Below are positions 35,357-48,104 of a stretch of DNA of 64,000 nucleotides, in pieces. This stretch comes from Lama glama (lineage: Eukaryota). Below the pieces are notes generated by a model, which was not told where the DNA came from, made no database searches, and saw only the letters and a program-made list of their open reading frames with translations. The stretch covers positions 55,614,001 to 55,678,000 of the forward strand of contig CM052821.1 of the NCBI GenBank assembly GCA_028534125.1, in the 5' to 3' direction. Each line of letters opens with the position of its first letter. Position 1 is the first letter of the stretch. The translations under genes were made by a program, and so were the position numbers.

Positions 35357-37279
35357 GTAAGTCTCCCCAGGCCTGCTGCCAGGCGCCGCTTCCTCCCGTG
35401 AGGCCAGCTCCCGGGGTCGGCCGGGCTGCGGGCTCCGCGGCCCGGGCACGTGCCCGGTCTCTGTCGCAGCGAGCGGGGCCTGAGCTGGGGCTAGGATGGC
35501 ATTTCCCGTCCTTTGCTCAATTTCAAGCTTGGTTTGACAAGGCTGGCAGCAAAGGAGAATAAGTATAGTTTATGACAGCTGTGTTCTTTTTCTCTCATTC
35601 TGCTATTTTAAAAATCTTTGTAATATTTCTGAACCTGAGACATAGAAAAGTTCCAGCATAGATTATTTCAGCCCTGAGGATTCAAGCAGGGAAATATTTT
35701 TGACCAGCAAGTTTTTTTTTTTTAATTTTTACTTTTTAAAAATACTAGTAATGATGTTAGGGGAAAAAGAAGTCGTTTGTGTTTCTGTGATGGAGGCTGG
35801 AGCTGTGTCTTCCTCACGGCTGGGACCGGAGACTCCTGGGGAAGGTGCTTCGCCCGAGTTCATGTCAGAAGGGAGCTTGGCCCTGCTGAACACTTCAGAA
35901 TGGTTTAGAGACAGCTTTTGTCCCTTCTCTTTTTTTAAAAAAAATATTTTTGCAGCTAAGTCAGCAGGGAACCCTGCGTGTTTACTCTAAATTGGGCCTG
36001 ACTTCCAGTATTTAAAAGGCTCTTTCTTGCTAATGAGTCTGGATAAATGTGCAGCTTAGTACCTCATAGCCCCCCGTGCAGATGCAGCTCCGAACAGTGG
36101 ATATTTATGGATGAAACATCCTCTTGCAATTAAAATTAGACCTGTGGTGACTGCTTATGTTTTTGTTCGGTGTCTTCTGTGTCAAGCGTTTATATCCAGT
36201 TTTCCAGACGTCCTCCAAGATAGGTCACGGGCTTTTCCGAGGGGCTTGCAGGAAGTTGTGGGGAGAGCACCTTTAAGACCCCGTGTTGCAGGTTCGCATA
36301 TACTAGGGACGTGCTGCATCTGGTGGAAAGCCTCATGTGAGTCATTTCGTCCTGTTCCTTCCTTAGTTCTCCGTCTCTGTGGGTCCTGGTTTAGATCCCC
36401 TGACGTGCTGCCCAGTGAGTGACTTGGGAAAGGGCCTCCTGGGAGTCTGCGGACACAGGAGCAAAAGGGGGGGTGACAGAGGCTCCACTTCACTGGTTTG
36501 CGGGGGAGGGGGTCGAGTCTGTAACCAGGAATGCTGGGAGTGCAGGTGACAGGAAGTCCGGCCTTCTCAGGCTTGTTTACCCATTTAACTGCCACTAATT
36601 ACAGGGCCCTTTGCCCGGTGGTGGGGTGCGGTAGACACTGGCCCACCTCTGGGGGTGCGGCAGGGTCTGGGGGCCACGTGCTGTGGGACGTTCGGGACGC
36701 AGGCGGGCCCTGTGGGTGAGAGGGGGGCACGTGTCTGGGGGAGGAGGCTTCGCTCCGGGTCTGCAGGTGGTGGCTGGTGGGCGGGAGGGGAGGAGGGGCA
36801 GTTCTGACTCCTAGGCTTGTGTTGATGGATAAGCAAGAAAAAAGTGTTGGGATCAGTGAGCAGAGCCTGTCCTTCCAAAGGGTGGGGCACCAAAAAGGGG
36901 TGGCCGTCCCCGGGCGGTGCAGACGTGCAGAATGGCGGGCAGGGCTTCCTGGAGACAGTGGGATGCCTTCTCGGAGGCTGTGTCCGTGTTCCCTGGGTCA
37001 GGCAGGTGGGGAGGTCACGTGACCCGTGGAGGGGGCAGTGGGGGTGTAGGGCCGGCAGGGGTCGAGGCCGAGGTGAGCTGGCTCCCCAGGAACCAGCAGG
37101 CTGACCACTTGGCTGAGGAGGGAATGAGGAGCCTGGGGTCGCTGGGTTGGGGGAGGCCAGGTGCTCAGGGGCCAGGGGCACATTGCTTGGGCTGCACTCT
37201 GAGGGAGCAACGTGAGGGAGAGATGAGGCTGTGCTTCTGGGAGACTCAGGCCTGGAGCCCGTTGCAAGGGCCATTGGTT

Positions 37280-37400
37280 GGTTCATCCATTCATCAGATC
37301 AGTACTTACTGGGCGCTTTCTGTGTCTCAGGCACCGTTGGTGCTGGGAGGTAGCAGGGAAGGCAGAAACGACGCAGTGCCTGTCCCTCATGGGGCCTGCA
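37280..37400 (-). mobile_element. L2 3' terminus (a second short piece lies at about 37555-37595)
   Basis: ttcatccattcatcag...tacttactgggcgctttctgtgtctcaggcac...cctgtccctcatgggg, and aagcatttattgagtgcttgctgtgtgc. Confidence 0.6.
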
Positions 37401-39979
37401 GAAAAGGATGGAGTCCCTGCTCTCCTCTGACGCCCCCAGGACAGGGCTGGGTCTTGCCACTCGGAAGCAGTCCATCCTCTCAATCCTCTCAGGAGTCTGT
37501 GTCCCCAGTGCACTGCTCACGCCAGGTCTCTTCCTTCGCTTTTTTGCTTGTCATATAAGCATTTATTGAGTGCTTGCTGTGTGCAGACTGTGCCCATGCA
37601 AGAGGATCCATGGACGCGGTGGTCTGAGTGCAGAGTGCGCGAGCAGGCAGTCAGTTAGGGTAGTTCCTGACTGTGCTGGAGGAGGAAGAGGTGCTGGGTG
37701 TGAGGGGGCTGCTCCCGAGTGCCCCTTGGGAGGGGCTAGAGCCGGGGCGTGGAGAACAGGGAGGGAGGAGCGGCCGGGGCTGCAGGTGTGGGCGGCACTC
37801 AGCAGCTGGAGGAGGAAGCCAGCCTGGGTGCCGTGGACCTGTGCTCCCTGGCCGCCCCGCTCTGGGCCCACGCAGGCCGGCAGTGACGCTTTGGGGGTAC
37901 GGCCGGGCTCTGGGCGTCCAGGGGAGGGAACCCAGCTGGTTGAGGGGTGCTAGTCACACGTGATGGTCGGAGGGCGGGACCGTGGGGCCGCCGCCTCTGG
38001 CCCCGTCAGCACCAGCCAGGAGCGCGCTCACCCGCCTCTCTGCTCGTCCTCTGGTTGCTCCCTGGCGTGGCCTAAGCACGTGATGGGAGGTTTCGCGCGC
38101 ACAGCGAATGATGTTCCTCCCGCATCCCTGATTCTGCAGGTGTTTCTCACGCGTCTGTCCTTGGCTGGACCCTTTGCAAGTGCCAGGCCCGAGGGTATCG
38201 TGGAGAATGGTGGGGAGGAAGCCCTGTGGGCTCTTTGGGACATGAGGGGTGTGGACAGGGGTCTCTGAATCTGAGGCCCGCGCACCCCTCTCCCTGGGAA
38301 GCTTCTGCAGACCCTGACTTCCAGGCTCCGGAAGTGGACCCGGGTCGGGTGGCCTGAGCCATCGGGGTTTGTGCCACTGCGGCACACTGTGACCCAGGGT
38401 CTGCAGAGCCCCTGCCCCAGGCCCGGTAGGGGTCAAGGGAGCAGCACAGATGAGGGCCCCCTCCTGCCCTGTGGTTTTTCATCCTGGGTCCACATTTGTG
38501 TCACCTGGGGGGAGCTGAGGTTCCCTGGGGGTTCTCACACGTGCCCAGGGTTGGGGACCGCTGCCCTAGGACACCCAGGCCCCACGTGGGACAGGGCAGG
38601 GCTCTGAAGGCAGCACCCCTGGGCTGAGTGCCCGGGCAGGGGAGCCGCTGGGCCTGATTCACCGAGAGCACGCTGTCCAGGGGCTCGGCTGTGGGGCCGG
38701 AGGGCGGGATGTCCCAGCTCACTCTGCGCCTGGGCTCCGGAGCCTCAGCATGGAACCCGAGATCGGGAGGAATTTACCCTTTGTCCACTTTGAAAAGACA
38801 AGCCAGCACAGCTGCACTTGGGCGGGACTCTTTCAAGACCTGGCCGACAAGAGCTGTGCTCAGGGTTTGTCGGTAACGCAGTCCCTGAGGCTCGTCGATG
38901 AGCTCTGTCTGAACTGACGGGAGGAGGTGCTCCTGTCGTGAAGGAAGGTGAGGACCTTGGCTCTTGTAACTGAGGGAGAACGAGCCCGGACTCTAGTCTA
39001 GCACTTACCGTTAAACTCCATTAACGCTGCTGAACGCCGAAGTTCCACGCAAGCAGTGCAGCGACTTTTAAGAATTAGTGCTGCAGAGTACCATATTTTT
39101 GGCTCTTTTTAAAAGTAACTGTTCAGAGACATCGACCAGAGACCCAGTAAACATCCGATGTTTGTGCGAGTCAGCAGAATGGTTAAAAACGGTAAGTTGG
39201 CTCTGGTGTCGTCTCTCCTGTGTTGGGGCGGGTTGCACGTGAACCCGGGAGGAGGGAGTGACGCGATGTTTGTGTCGCCGGGAATTTCGGTACAGGCCTT
39301 CTCACGCACTGTGTTACGTTTATGATTAGTGTTTTTATAGCATGCTAATACAGCAATTAGGTTTTCTGTGGTTCTGTCATTTAAAATTCATTGCATACGT
39401 GAGTATGTTTCATTTGCATAATTCCCAGTCTCACTGAATTGTCTGGAGACCTCGACTTGCGTGTGTGTTTCCCTTTAGGGATGGGGGCGTCAGGAGGACG
39501 TGGGGGCTCTTCCCACTTTGACACACCTGCTTTCAGGGCTTCCTTTTCAGTACGTCAGTTAATTAGGGGTGGCGAGAATCTGGGTACTTGTTCACCTTCA
39601 CTAAGAATCTGCTGGCGGTGCCGCAGGGGGTCTGCATGAGGCTGTCCACACCTGCCCCGGCTTACACCTCGTGGCGGCCCACAGCCCTGGCCCGGCGCGC
39701 AGGGCCTGCTGCCCCGGCTGCTGCCGACCTGTCCACGCCACTCCTCTGCCAAGGCTTGCTCAGGCCAGCCTGGACGCATGTCCCTGCGTGCTCCACATGG
39801 CTCTGCCACTTTCTCAGTGCATCTGTGTCTCTCTCCCTCCTCCTCCATCGCCCATCAGACCCAGCCCAGAACAGTATGCAAGCTAGTCCTTCTTGGTCAC
39901 CAGTTAGCGCAGACCTGTCCCCCTGGCCTCCCAGGGCAGGGCCCTCCCTGGGGTGTGACAGTGTCATTGCACATCTGCT

Positions 39980-40135
39980 GACATCCATTCACTCACCAAG
40001 TATCTGCAGAGCATCTGTTGTGTCTAGACACTGCTCTGAGCCCTTGGCAGGCGTCTGTGGACAGAAGAGGTGAAGACGCCTGCCCTGATGGGGCTTGTAT
40101 TTTAGTGGAGGGAGATGAGCAGTAAACTGTGTAAG
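39980..40135 (-). mobile_element. L2 3' terminus
   Basis: catccattcactcaccaagtatctgcagagcatctgttgtgtctagacactgctctgag...cctgccctgatggggcttgtattttagtgg. Confidence 0.65.
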
Positions 40136-41507
40136 TCAACTTTCCAGTGTCTTAGAAGGTGCTAGTGCCGCAGAAGGAACATGAACACGGAAGCAGGAGG
40201 TCTGAGGACGAGGGTGGTGCCGGGGCGGCGGCCTCTGAGCAGCGAGTTGGGGAGGGGAGGGGCTGGGCCATGCAGGCGTCCGGGGAGGCGAGTTCAGTTT
40301 CATCCAGTCTTTGGGGAGGAATGTGTTGATTCCAGTACTGTGTGTCCTGTGGGATGTGGTGCGGGCCAGACGGCCCTGGGGAAGGGAGTGGAGCCCTGAC
40401 GCTGGAGGGTGATCACCAGTAACAAGAAGGGCCCCTTGGCCCTGCTGCACAGAGGAGAGTGGGCGCCGGGCAGCAGAGGAGAGTGGGCGCTGGGCAGTGG
40501 ACGCCCCTGAGGGAGGCTCAGACCCGAGGAGCAGGAGGCGGCCGTGCAGGGGTGGAGATGAGGGCTGGCCCGCCTGGGCATCTGGTCCAGCGAGGGAAGA
40601 TGCTTAGCCTCGTCAGTCATTTGGGAAGTGACCTTAAATCCGCTGGACAGAATGGCTGAAATCTAGATTGACAATACAGAGCGTTAGGGAGCAGGTGGGA
40701 GGGGCATCAGCGACCCGGGATGGGGGAGGGCAGCGGCCCCGCTTCTCCTGGCCGGGAGGATGGGGCTGGACCGCAGAGGGCCCTGGGGACTGCTGTGGGG
40801 CGATGGGGCGCTCTGATTGTCCCCTTTGCCCGATGTCCCAGAACTGCTTACTCAGAAGAGGCCCCTTTTGTTTTATGTATGATCTGGCAGTGCTGTTGAC
40901 TTAAAAGTACAAAATACAAGACGGGAGTCTGGCCTCTTCACGGCCACCCTGTGCTGCCAGACCCCTTCTGGATGTGTCTCTTTAGGTGTGGGGCCTGTGG
41001 CTGCCAAAAGCACAGCAGTGCCTGGAGGGAAGGGGCGTACGGACGTCTGGGTGTGTACACACGTGTGCATACGTGTGCATGTGGTCTGCATGGACGCTAA
41101 CGCCTGTGTGCGCACATGCTCAGTGGTCGTGGGGCCTGCAGACTTCGGGCTCTCAGTGGTGAGGCGGTTAGAGGAGGCTGGTTCTGCCTGTCAGCCGTGC
41201 TTTAGAAACGCGTTCAACACCAGCTGCCCCGGCCCCCACCGCGTCTGGCCTGGCCGCAGGGGAAGGTTGGTCTCCTGGGCTGAGCCGCCGTGCCTGAGCC
41301 CAGCCTCATGTCCTGCTGCCGGCGGGGAGAGGGGTGCCCGCTGCTGTGCTCAGCTGCCGCCTCCCTGTGTCCCTTTCTTTTCTCGCAGCTCGTTTTTCCT
41401 CCCCTGGGTGAGATTTCAGAGCGCCACGCTCGTTTAAGGTGTGAGCTTTTTAACTTCAGACTTCCAGTAGAGACTCCATGGATCACCATTAACCTTAGTA
41501 CTTTGTT

Positions 41508-41605
41508 TTTGTTTTTGTTGATTGATTGAAGTATAGTCGGTTACAATGTGTCAGTTTCCGATGTACAGCACAATGTCCCAGTCATGCGTATACACACATG
41601 TATGT
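41508..41605 (-). mobile_element. Short camelid L1 3' terminus abutting the acceptor of the 129-nt exon
   Basis: ttgattgaagtatagtcggttacaatgtgtcagtttccgatgtacagcacaatgtcccagtcatgcgtatac matches the start of the 52722-52959 copy (ttattggagtatagtcagtttacagcgtgtcaatttgtggtgtacagcacagtgcttcagtca). Confidence 0.85.
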
Positions 41606-41629
41606 CTTTGTTGTTTTTTTCTCACCCAG

Positions 41630-41758
41630 GGTTACCTTCCTGCCAACGTTGACCGAAGACCAGCCACTCTCCAAAGAAAACAGAAAGAGTATTTTGCCTT
41701 TATTGATCACTATTACGACTCTCGGAATGACGAAGTTCACCAGGACACCTACAGACAG
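41630..41758 (+). CDS. TBC1D22A: TBC1D22A coding exon (129 nt, phase 0 to 0; probable exon 6): GYLPANVDRRPATLQRKQKEYFAFIDHYYDSRNDEVHQDTYRQ
   Basis: Acceptor ttttttctcacccag|G and donor CAG|GTGGGG. In frame with the flanking exons and visible inside ORF 41546..41809. Confidence 0.97.
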
Positions 41759-44700
41759 GTGGGGCCGCTCTTTCCGTCTTGTGTTACTTGCAGTGCTCTG
41801 ACTTGGTGAGGTCTTGCTGAGGGAAACCAGATCTTTATTTTCTGATAAAGAAGTAAATTTGAAAGCGAATAGCGGTGAGTTTCTTCTGATAGTGGGACCT
41901 TGTTTACCTCCAGTTCCTTCTGCCGAAGGGGAAAGGGCGTGTTTAACGAGAGGCACGCAGCTGACAGCCGAGACCCAGGCAGAGCGCCGGGATCTGCATC
42001 CCCGGTGGGGACATGCCTTGCGGCTCATGAGCTGCTGTCTGCCCGGAAGGTCGGGAGCAGACGGTGTCTGGATCGGGTCAGACGAGTGACCCCACTGGGC
42101 CCCGTGGGCACTGTCCCCCGCTGCAGTTAGGGACGGGATGTCGGCACAGGAGAGCTGTGCTGGCCGGCTGGGCCCCAGGGAGACGCGGTTCAGTTCATAG
42201 GAGAAGTGTAGCCAGCTTATAATCTTGCTTTTTAGTTGAATACAAAATGGATGTAATTATGGCCTTGAATGGTCCGTTGACAGTCCGTGTGCGTAATGGG
42301 AAAAATACTTAAAGCTGATTTACAGCTCACAGTGCGCCCAGGACTTGCCGTTAGAACGGCTCAAGCCTTCGTGATTCCCACTGTCTTCGTAACATGTGAG
42401 GAGTGAGAATGGCTTGTGCTGCAGTTTAGCAAAGCGCTCGGTGTTCACTGGTAGCACCGCCTCATTTTTCTAAAATGAACTTCTGGTTTTCCTGAGACTG
42501 GTCAGTGTTTCCTTTTGGAAACCCCCCTCTAGGTGAAGGAGATTTGCCAGATTTTTCTACCTCAGATGTGAGTGAGCCACCTCTCTCTGCCAGTTTAGTA
42601 CATGCTGTGAAAAAGGGCCAAAGACGGGCCTTCCCTCTGATTGATCATCTGGGGTTCCTTAAGTTCCACGGGCTCTTGGGAAGCCCCTTCCCAACACGGG
42701 TGCCGCGGGAGCTCTGGGGGAGGAGTGTCTGGCTTAGGCGTGAGGAGCAGGCAGATGGGGCCGCGGGCCCCTCCGCCTCTGCCCATGCTCCCTCCGCTGG
42801 ACTTGGCCTCCGTCTCACACCTGGCGGCTCCCGGGCCACACGGAACTGCCACCTGTCACCCTGGGAAACTGACTTGAGACAGATCGCACTTGCATTTGGT
42901 TGGGGAAGTGTTAGCTCCCCTGGTTTACCTTCTCACCTCACTGGTTTTCAGGGGTGGGTAAACTTTGGATTGTTTTGAATGTGTTTTTGATGTGTTTTTA
43001 TTCAAGAAAAAGACGTCCAAAGGCTGACAGAAGCATCTATCTGCAAGATTTACCAAGCTGCATTCTAGTATGAATTTCTTAAGGGAAAGTTAATTAAAAA
43101 CGGGCTGCATACATCTTTATTTGGTTACTGTGATAGGTAACAAAAAGCTCCCATATTATTGTGAATTCCCCAAATGTTCCTACATTAATATAACTGAGAA
43201 AAATGGAAGCCATGGTGGTGTTTCCACGGGCCCGCTTGCTTTGTGCGGAGCACACGTGCCCCCTGGACGTGGACCCTGTGCGGTCCAGCCGCGGCCGATC
43301 CAGGCTCACCGTTAGGTCAGAGTGGACTGGCCTGGGTGTGGGGCTGGGGCACCCTGGTCTCTCCCCACTGCCCACTCGCGGTGTTTGACCCATAGACAGA
43401 CCTTGGCCTACCATCACCCCGAGGGGTGTGGCCCGGCCCTCCCACAGCACTGGGGGCCGCCTCCCCCATACCTCTCTTGTCCTCTCTTCCTTTGGGTTTT
43501 GTGTTTCCTCTTTGGATGAAAATGCCGTGTCCAAAGCACACAGTCAGTCAGAGCTACAGATTCATCTGGGGTGTCCTCCCCGCTCTGCGGGTTCTGCAGA
43601 TGTCGTGGCCGTCCTGACTTGCCCGGTCCTGGGCTTGAGGGCGGGCAGGTGGTCTGGAGGGTGCCACGAGCACCCTCTGTCAGATGGGCTGTGCTGGCCC
43701 CTGGCTTGCCCAGGGCAGACGTGCGCCCATGTGACTGTCATTGCGTGGGAACGCTGAGCTGAGCGTGGCCCTGGAGGACGCCCTGGTGAAGGGGGTGAGG
43801 TCGGGGGGTTCTGAGCTCCTGCAGGTGGCCTGCTGCAGTCTTCTGACCCCACCAGGCTGGAACGCTCCCTCCCCTTGTCCTCCAGGTCTCCTTCACACGT
43901 CAGCGCCGCCTGCCCGGCTCAGCGCTTGCCTCCTTGCGCAGAGAGGGTGAGGACGGTTGTCTCTGGCGCTCCTTCAGTGTCCTCTCTTCACCGCTCTGAC
44001 TTTCCTCTCCACTTGCTTTCATTGCTGCCTCGCGGTCCCTGTTCCTTGAACACTTCAGTCTGCGGGCTCCTCATCCAGAGCAGGCCCATGTCCTCCCTTA
44101 GTACCACTGAGGGGCTGCTGACCCCCAGGTCACACAGCCGGCACCTGATGGACGAGCGTGCTGGGCCCCAGGGCCAGCCATGTGCTGGGGCCGCAGGCTA
44201 GCGGGGCCGCGAGGAGGCCCTCAGGCCTCGGGGGTGTCGGAGCTCTTGTGTCATGAGCAAGGACTGGGTGACAGTCTGGACTGTGGGCCCCCCACGGCAC
44301 TGAAACGTGCCTGTCTCCCCAGCCTGTGCGGGCCGTGCTCCAGGTGAACGGGGACAGTGCCAGCGCTGGCGGGGCGGGCTGTTCGTGTGGGACACCAGTG
44401 CTGGTCCCGCGTGTTCTGCCCTGGTTGCCTCCTGAACCCGCGGTTGTGGGGGTCAGGCGGGGATCAGCTGATTCTTCCAGAGGTTTGGAAATGCTTCCTT
44501 TGAAAAGCATCCAGGATTCCCCAAGGGCTTTGTAAAGTGGAGAAAAACGTGGTCTGGGCGCCAGGACGAAGCTGTCAACAGCGGAAACCTTGTACTATTG
44601 ATGGACTTGAATTGCTCCCCGCGTCCGAGGCTGGAAATCAATGTTTACTAATTGCTATGGATTATGTTCCTAAGTAGCCGAGGACCCGCTCCATTCCCCA

Positions 44701-44945
44701 TCATGCAACGGCTGCTGTTGGCTGGGACGCTCAGCCCAGCCTGTCCTGCTGGGACTGGGCCCCTCAGGTGGAGCCTGCCTTCTCCCCCCCAGTGCACGGG
44801 CAGCCTAGAGGCCAGTGTGTCCAGAGAGCAGGTTCGGATCCGGAGGAAACCCCTTGTGGTTACTAAGTTCTGCTCTTGTCATCTTAGTGCTTGTGGTGAT
44901 GTTCACCGTCTTTTAAAATCCATGTGTCTTTCTCCCCATCTGCAG

Positions 44946-45008
44946 ATCCACATAGACATCCCTCGAATGAGCCCCGAAGCGTTGATCCTTCAGCCCAAAG
45001 TGACGGAG
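44946..45008 (+). CDS. TBC1D22A: TBC1D22A coding exon (63 nt, phase 0 to 0; probable exon 7): IHIDIPRMSPEALILQPKVTE, contains the IxxDxxR arginine finger
   Basis: Acceptor tctttctccccatctgcag|A and donor GAG|GTAAGA. The catalytic Arg codon CGA is at 44964-44966. Confidence 0.97.
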
Positions 45009-45339
45009 GTAAGAGCGGGGTCCGCACGCTGTTGTGGAGGGCGCGTCCCTTCGTGGGGGAGGTCGGCACCCACGGTCCTGGCGGCTTTCCCCGCGGCAAG
45101 TGGGGTGGCCCCTGGGTACGTCAGCGCCCCTAGGAATCACTGGTGTTCTTCAGCCGTTGTGACAGTGCTGTGTGGTGTGCTGTGTGTGTGGGGGACACTC
45201 ACGGGTCCGCCCAGGCTGGGACCGAGAACCCGCTCAGTCTGACCGGCAGTGTTGAGGCCGCCCGGGTTCTCCAGGCCCGTCCCTGGAGGCTGGCCGCTCT
45301 CCTGACTCAGGTTTGTGGCTCTTCACGCCTCTAATGTGT

Positions 45340-47030
45340 GTCCCGGGCTGCGGGGAAAGCAGTGTTCCGGACCTGGGTGGCTCCCTGGTTGGTCTGGTCC
45401 CTTTTTTCCATCTACGTTGTTTTCTAAGACTCGGCCACCCAGTGTGTCCAGCTGGTATTTACATGCCCCCACTTCTGTGCCTTCTTCCAGCCGGTGGGCA
45501 CTCGGGCGGGTTCCACATTTTGCTGTGAGGAACGGGGTTGCCTGCAACCTTCGTGTGCATTTCTGCAGGGCCCACGGGAAGAGCTCCTCAGGAGTGTTGA
45601 CGAAGAAGTGAGGTTTTTGTTGCTTGCGTGTCGGCCTGTTAACCTTGCCAGGTGATGTCCACACGCTTTCCAGGTGTGCTGTCCCCACTCAGCCTTGGTC
45701 TGCGGGATCCGAGGGGCCCTGGTGCCCCACCCTTGGGGCTTTGTGCTGCGAGGCTTCTCGAGTTTTGTCCTTCTGGTGGCACTGTCGTTGTCCTTTCTCC
45801 GATCACAGTGGAGCAGGCGTCTCTCCGGGTATTTGTGTCCGTCTGCGCTGCTTCTGGGAAATGCTCGCTCCTGTCTCTGCCCGCTGTCCTCGTGGGCGGT
45901 TGGTCTGAGCACGTTAGGGAGTCTGGCGCTCCGCAGTTCGTATGTGGCTTGTTTCAGATGCTGTCTTCCTGGCGGCTGTTGTAGTGTGGTTGAGCTTGTC
46001 CATCTGTCCTGCAGGGTTAGCGTTCCTTGGGAGACCCTCCCCTCCCCACGCATCATAGAGCCGTTCTCCCTCGCTCATGTCCGTCACAGGGCCCGGGCGT
46101 CTCACTGTTCGCCCTGCTTTAACTCCTCTGTGCCCATGGCCGTGAGGCGGGGCTGCAGCGTGCCTGTCTCACGCGGCAGCCCTTCCAGCGCCGTGCTCGG
46201 GCCCCGTCGCCCCCCGCGTCTGCCGTGGCCCCTCTCTCCACGTCCTCTTCCTGCTTGCAGAGCTCTGTGCTGCGTGTTGTCTCGGTGTTTGGGAGGGGAG
46301 CCCGCACGCCCTCTTCCTCATCTGAAGCCATCAGATCGTCCTTGAACCTTGCTCTCCCATGGAGGTCTCAGGGCCGAGGTTTTCACCCCGACTCTGCGTT
46401 GAAGCACGGCTGCTGTACAGGGTTGCGCACGTTGCAGGTGGGCAGCGAGGCGGCTCACAGCTTGCGAAGGCTGTGCTCCGCGTGGTCATGAAGCCCTGGC
46501 TGTGCTCCCTGTGCTGTGCAGCGTGTCCCTGTGGCTTGTTTTACACCCAGCACTTCGTACCCCTCCGTCCCCTCCCCCGTCCTGCTCCTCCCCTCCTCCC
46601 CACTGGTGACCACTAGTTTGCTCCCTAGATTGTGAGTCTGCTGCTTTTTTGTGATCTTCACTAGTTTCTTGTATTTTTTAGATTCCACTTTTGTTTGTTT
46701 TTAATGTCTGTTTGATTTATGGTTGGAATTGCACAGAATCTGTAGATCAATTTGGGAGAATTAACATCTTTATGAAATTTAGTCTTCATTTCCATGAACA
46801 TGCTAATGCCCCATTTTTTTTGGCCATTCTTTAATGCCTTTCAATGAAGTTTTAAAATTTGCTCTGTAAAAGGTTTTGTGTATGTTTTATTAGGTTTATT
46901 CTTCGTTATCATATTTTTTGTTGCTATTACAAATGGTATCTCTTTAAAATTGAATTTTTTTTTAGTGTTTGAAATATTTGTTTTGCATCTCGATTGCTCC
47001 AGGAAATGCACTTTTAAACTCTTATATCTC
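45340..47030 (-). mobile_element. Cluster of L1 relics: old GC-shifted L1M, an artiodactyl-type 3' UTR at about 46390-46690, and an ORF2 piece at about 46700-47030
   Basis: ttccacattttgctgtgaggaac; ccccactggtgaccactagtttg...gtattttttagattccac; gaatctgtagatcaatttgggagaattaacatcttt. Confidence 0.7.
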
Positions 47031-47639
47031 TTGTCTGTTTAGTAAGTTTGTAAAAAAAAAAAGTCCAGGGTTATTAAAGCAAAAGCACTTTTAGGTTATA
47101 GAACACAAAAGGAGAAAATTAGATTTCCACCGAAGTTGTCGTTTTGAGGTACTTCTGTCTGATTGTTCTTTTCAACCAGCTGCGCTTATTGTGTTTGGAA
47201 AACAGGAGACGACATATTATAACCTTGTTTTGAGTTACTTTTAGTGGGAGTAGAGTCCGCCACGTGACCTCCAGGTCACCTTCGCTTGTATGTTTTCCTG
47301 CCGCTTTACCCACTCTTTGTGGGGCTGAGCTCGCGGGCCCCCTGGTTTCAGAGTGGGGTCCAGCCACTGCTGGTCTGCCTGTCTGTGACGTGCGGGGACC
47401 ACCAGCCTGTTGTTGGAAGTGGCTCTGCCCGGCAGCGGGTTTCCCGCAGCGTGGTCCTGCCTTCTGCTCTCCTAGGGCAGGTTGTGTGAGTTTGAGGGGA
47501 GGGGTGGGAGGAGAACGAAGTGACAGACAGGGGGCTTTAGGAAGAGCCTGGGTGTGGGTCTCGTGTTAGCCAACAGGCAAAGTCAGGCTGTGGTTTCTGG
47601 CTGGGTGGGAGTGAGGCTTGGATGTACGGCAGCTGACAG

Positions 47640-47930
47640 CAGGGCCATGACAGCAGTGGCTTCATGCCGGGCGGGAGCTCACCGCCCTCTTAGGCACGCA
47701 TCGTCCGCTGCCCCTCCGTGTTCACTCGCTTCACGGTCCAGGCTGGCTGCTCTGGCTCCCTGCATCACGTCGGCATTCCACCAGCAGGCAGAGGGAGACG
47801 TGGAGGGGAGGGCGCGCCCCTCCCTTCAGAGGTGTTTGAGGGAAGTTGCTCATGGCACTTCTGCTCACCCCGTGCGTGCTTGCACCTGGCTGCGCAGAAC
47901 CAGGACGTGCACCTCTGACTTTAGCTGGCC
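47640..47930. mobile_element. MLT1-like MaLR LTR fragment
   Basis: ggctgctctggctccctgcatcacgtcggcattccaccagcagg...cacttctgctcac...cagaac resembles MLT1J-type LTRs. Confidence 0.5.
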
Positions 47931-48104
47931 GTGTGCTGCACTGAAGCTGGGCTTGATGACTCCGGAAGGAGGGTCATCTTCTGCCCTAAGGTTCCCCATC
48001 TGTCCGCACCGCCGCTTACCCGTTCAGCGGGTGTTGCCCGCTTCTGCTCTGGCGCTTCTCCCCCGCCCTCCCTTTCTCTCTCCCTCCCCCCCCTTCCCCT
48101 GTCA

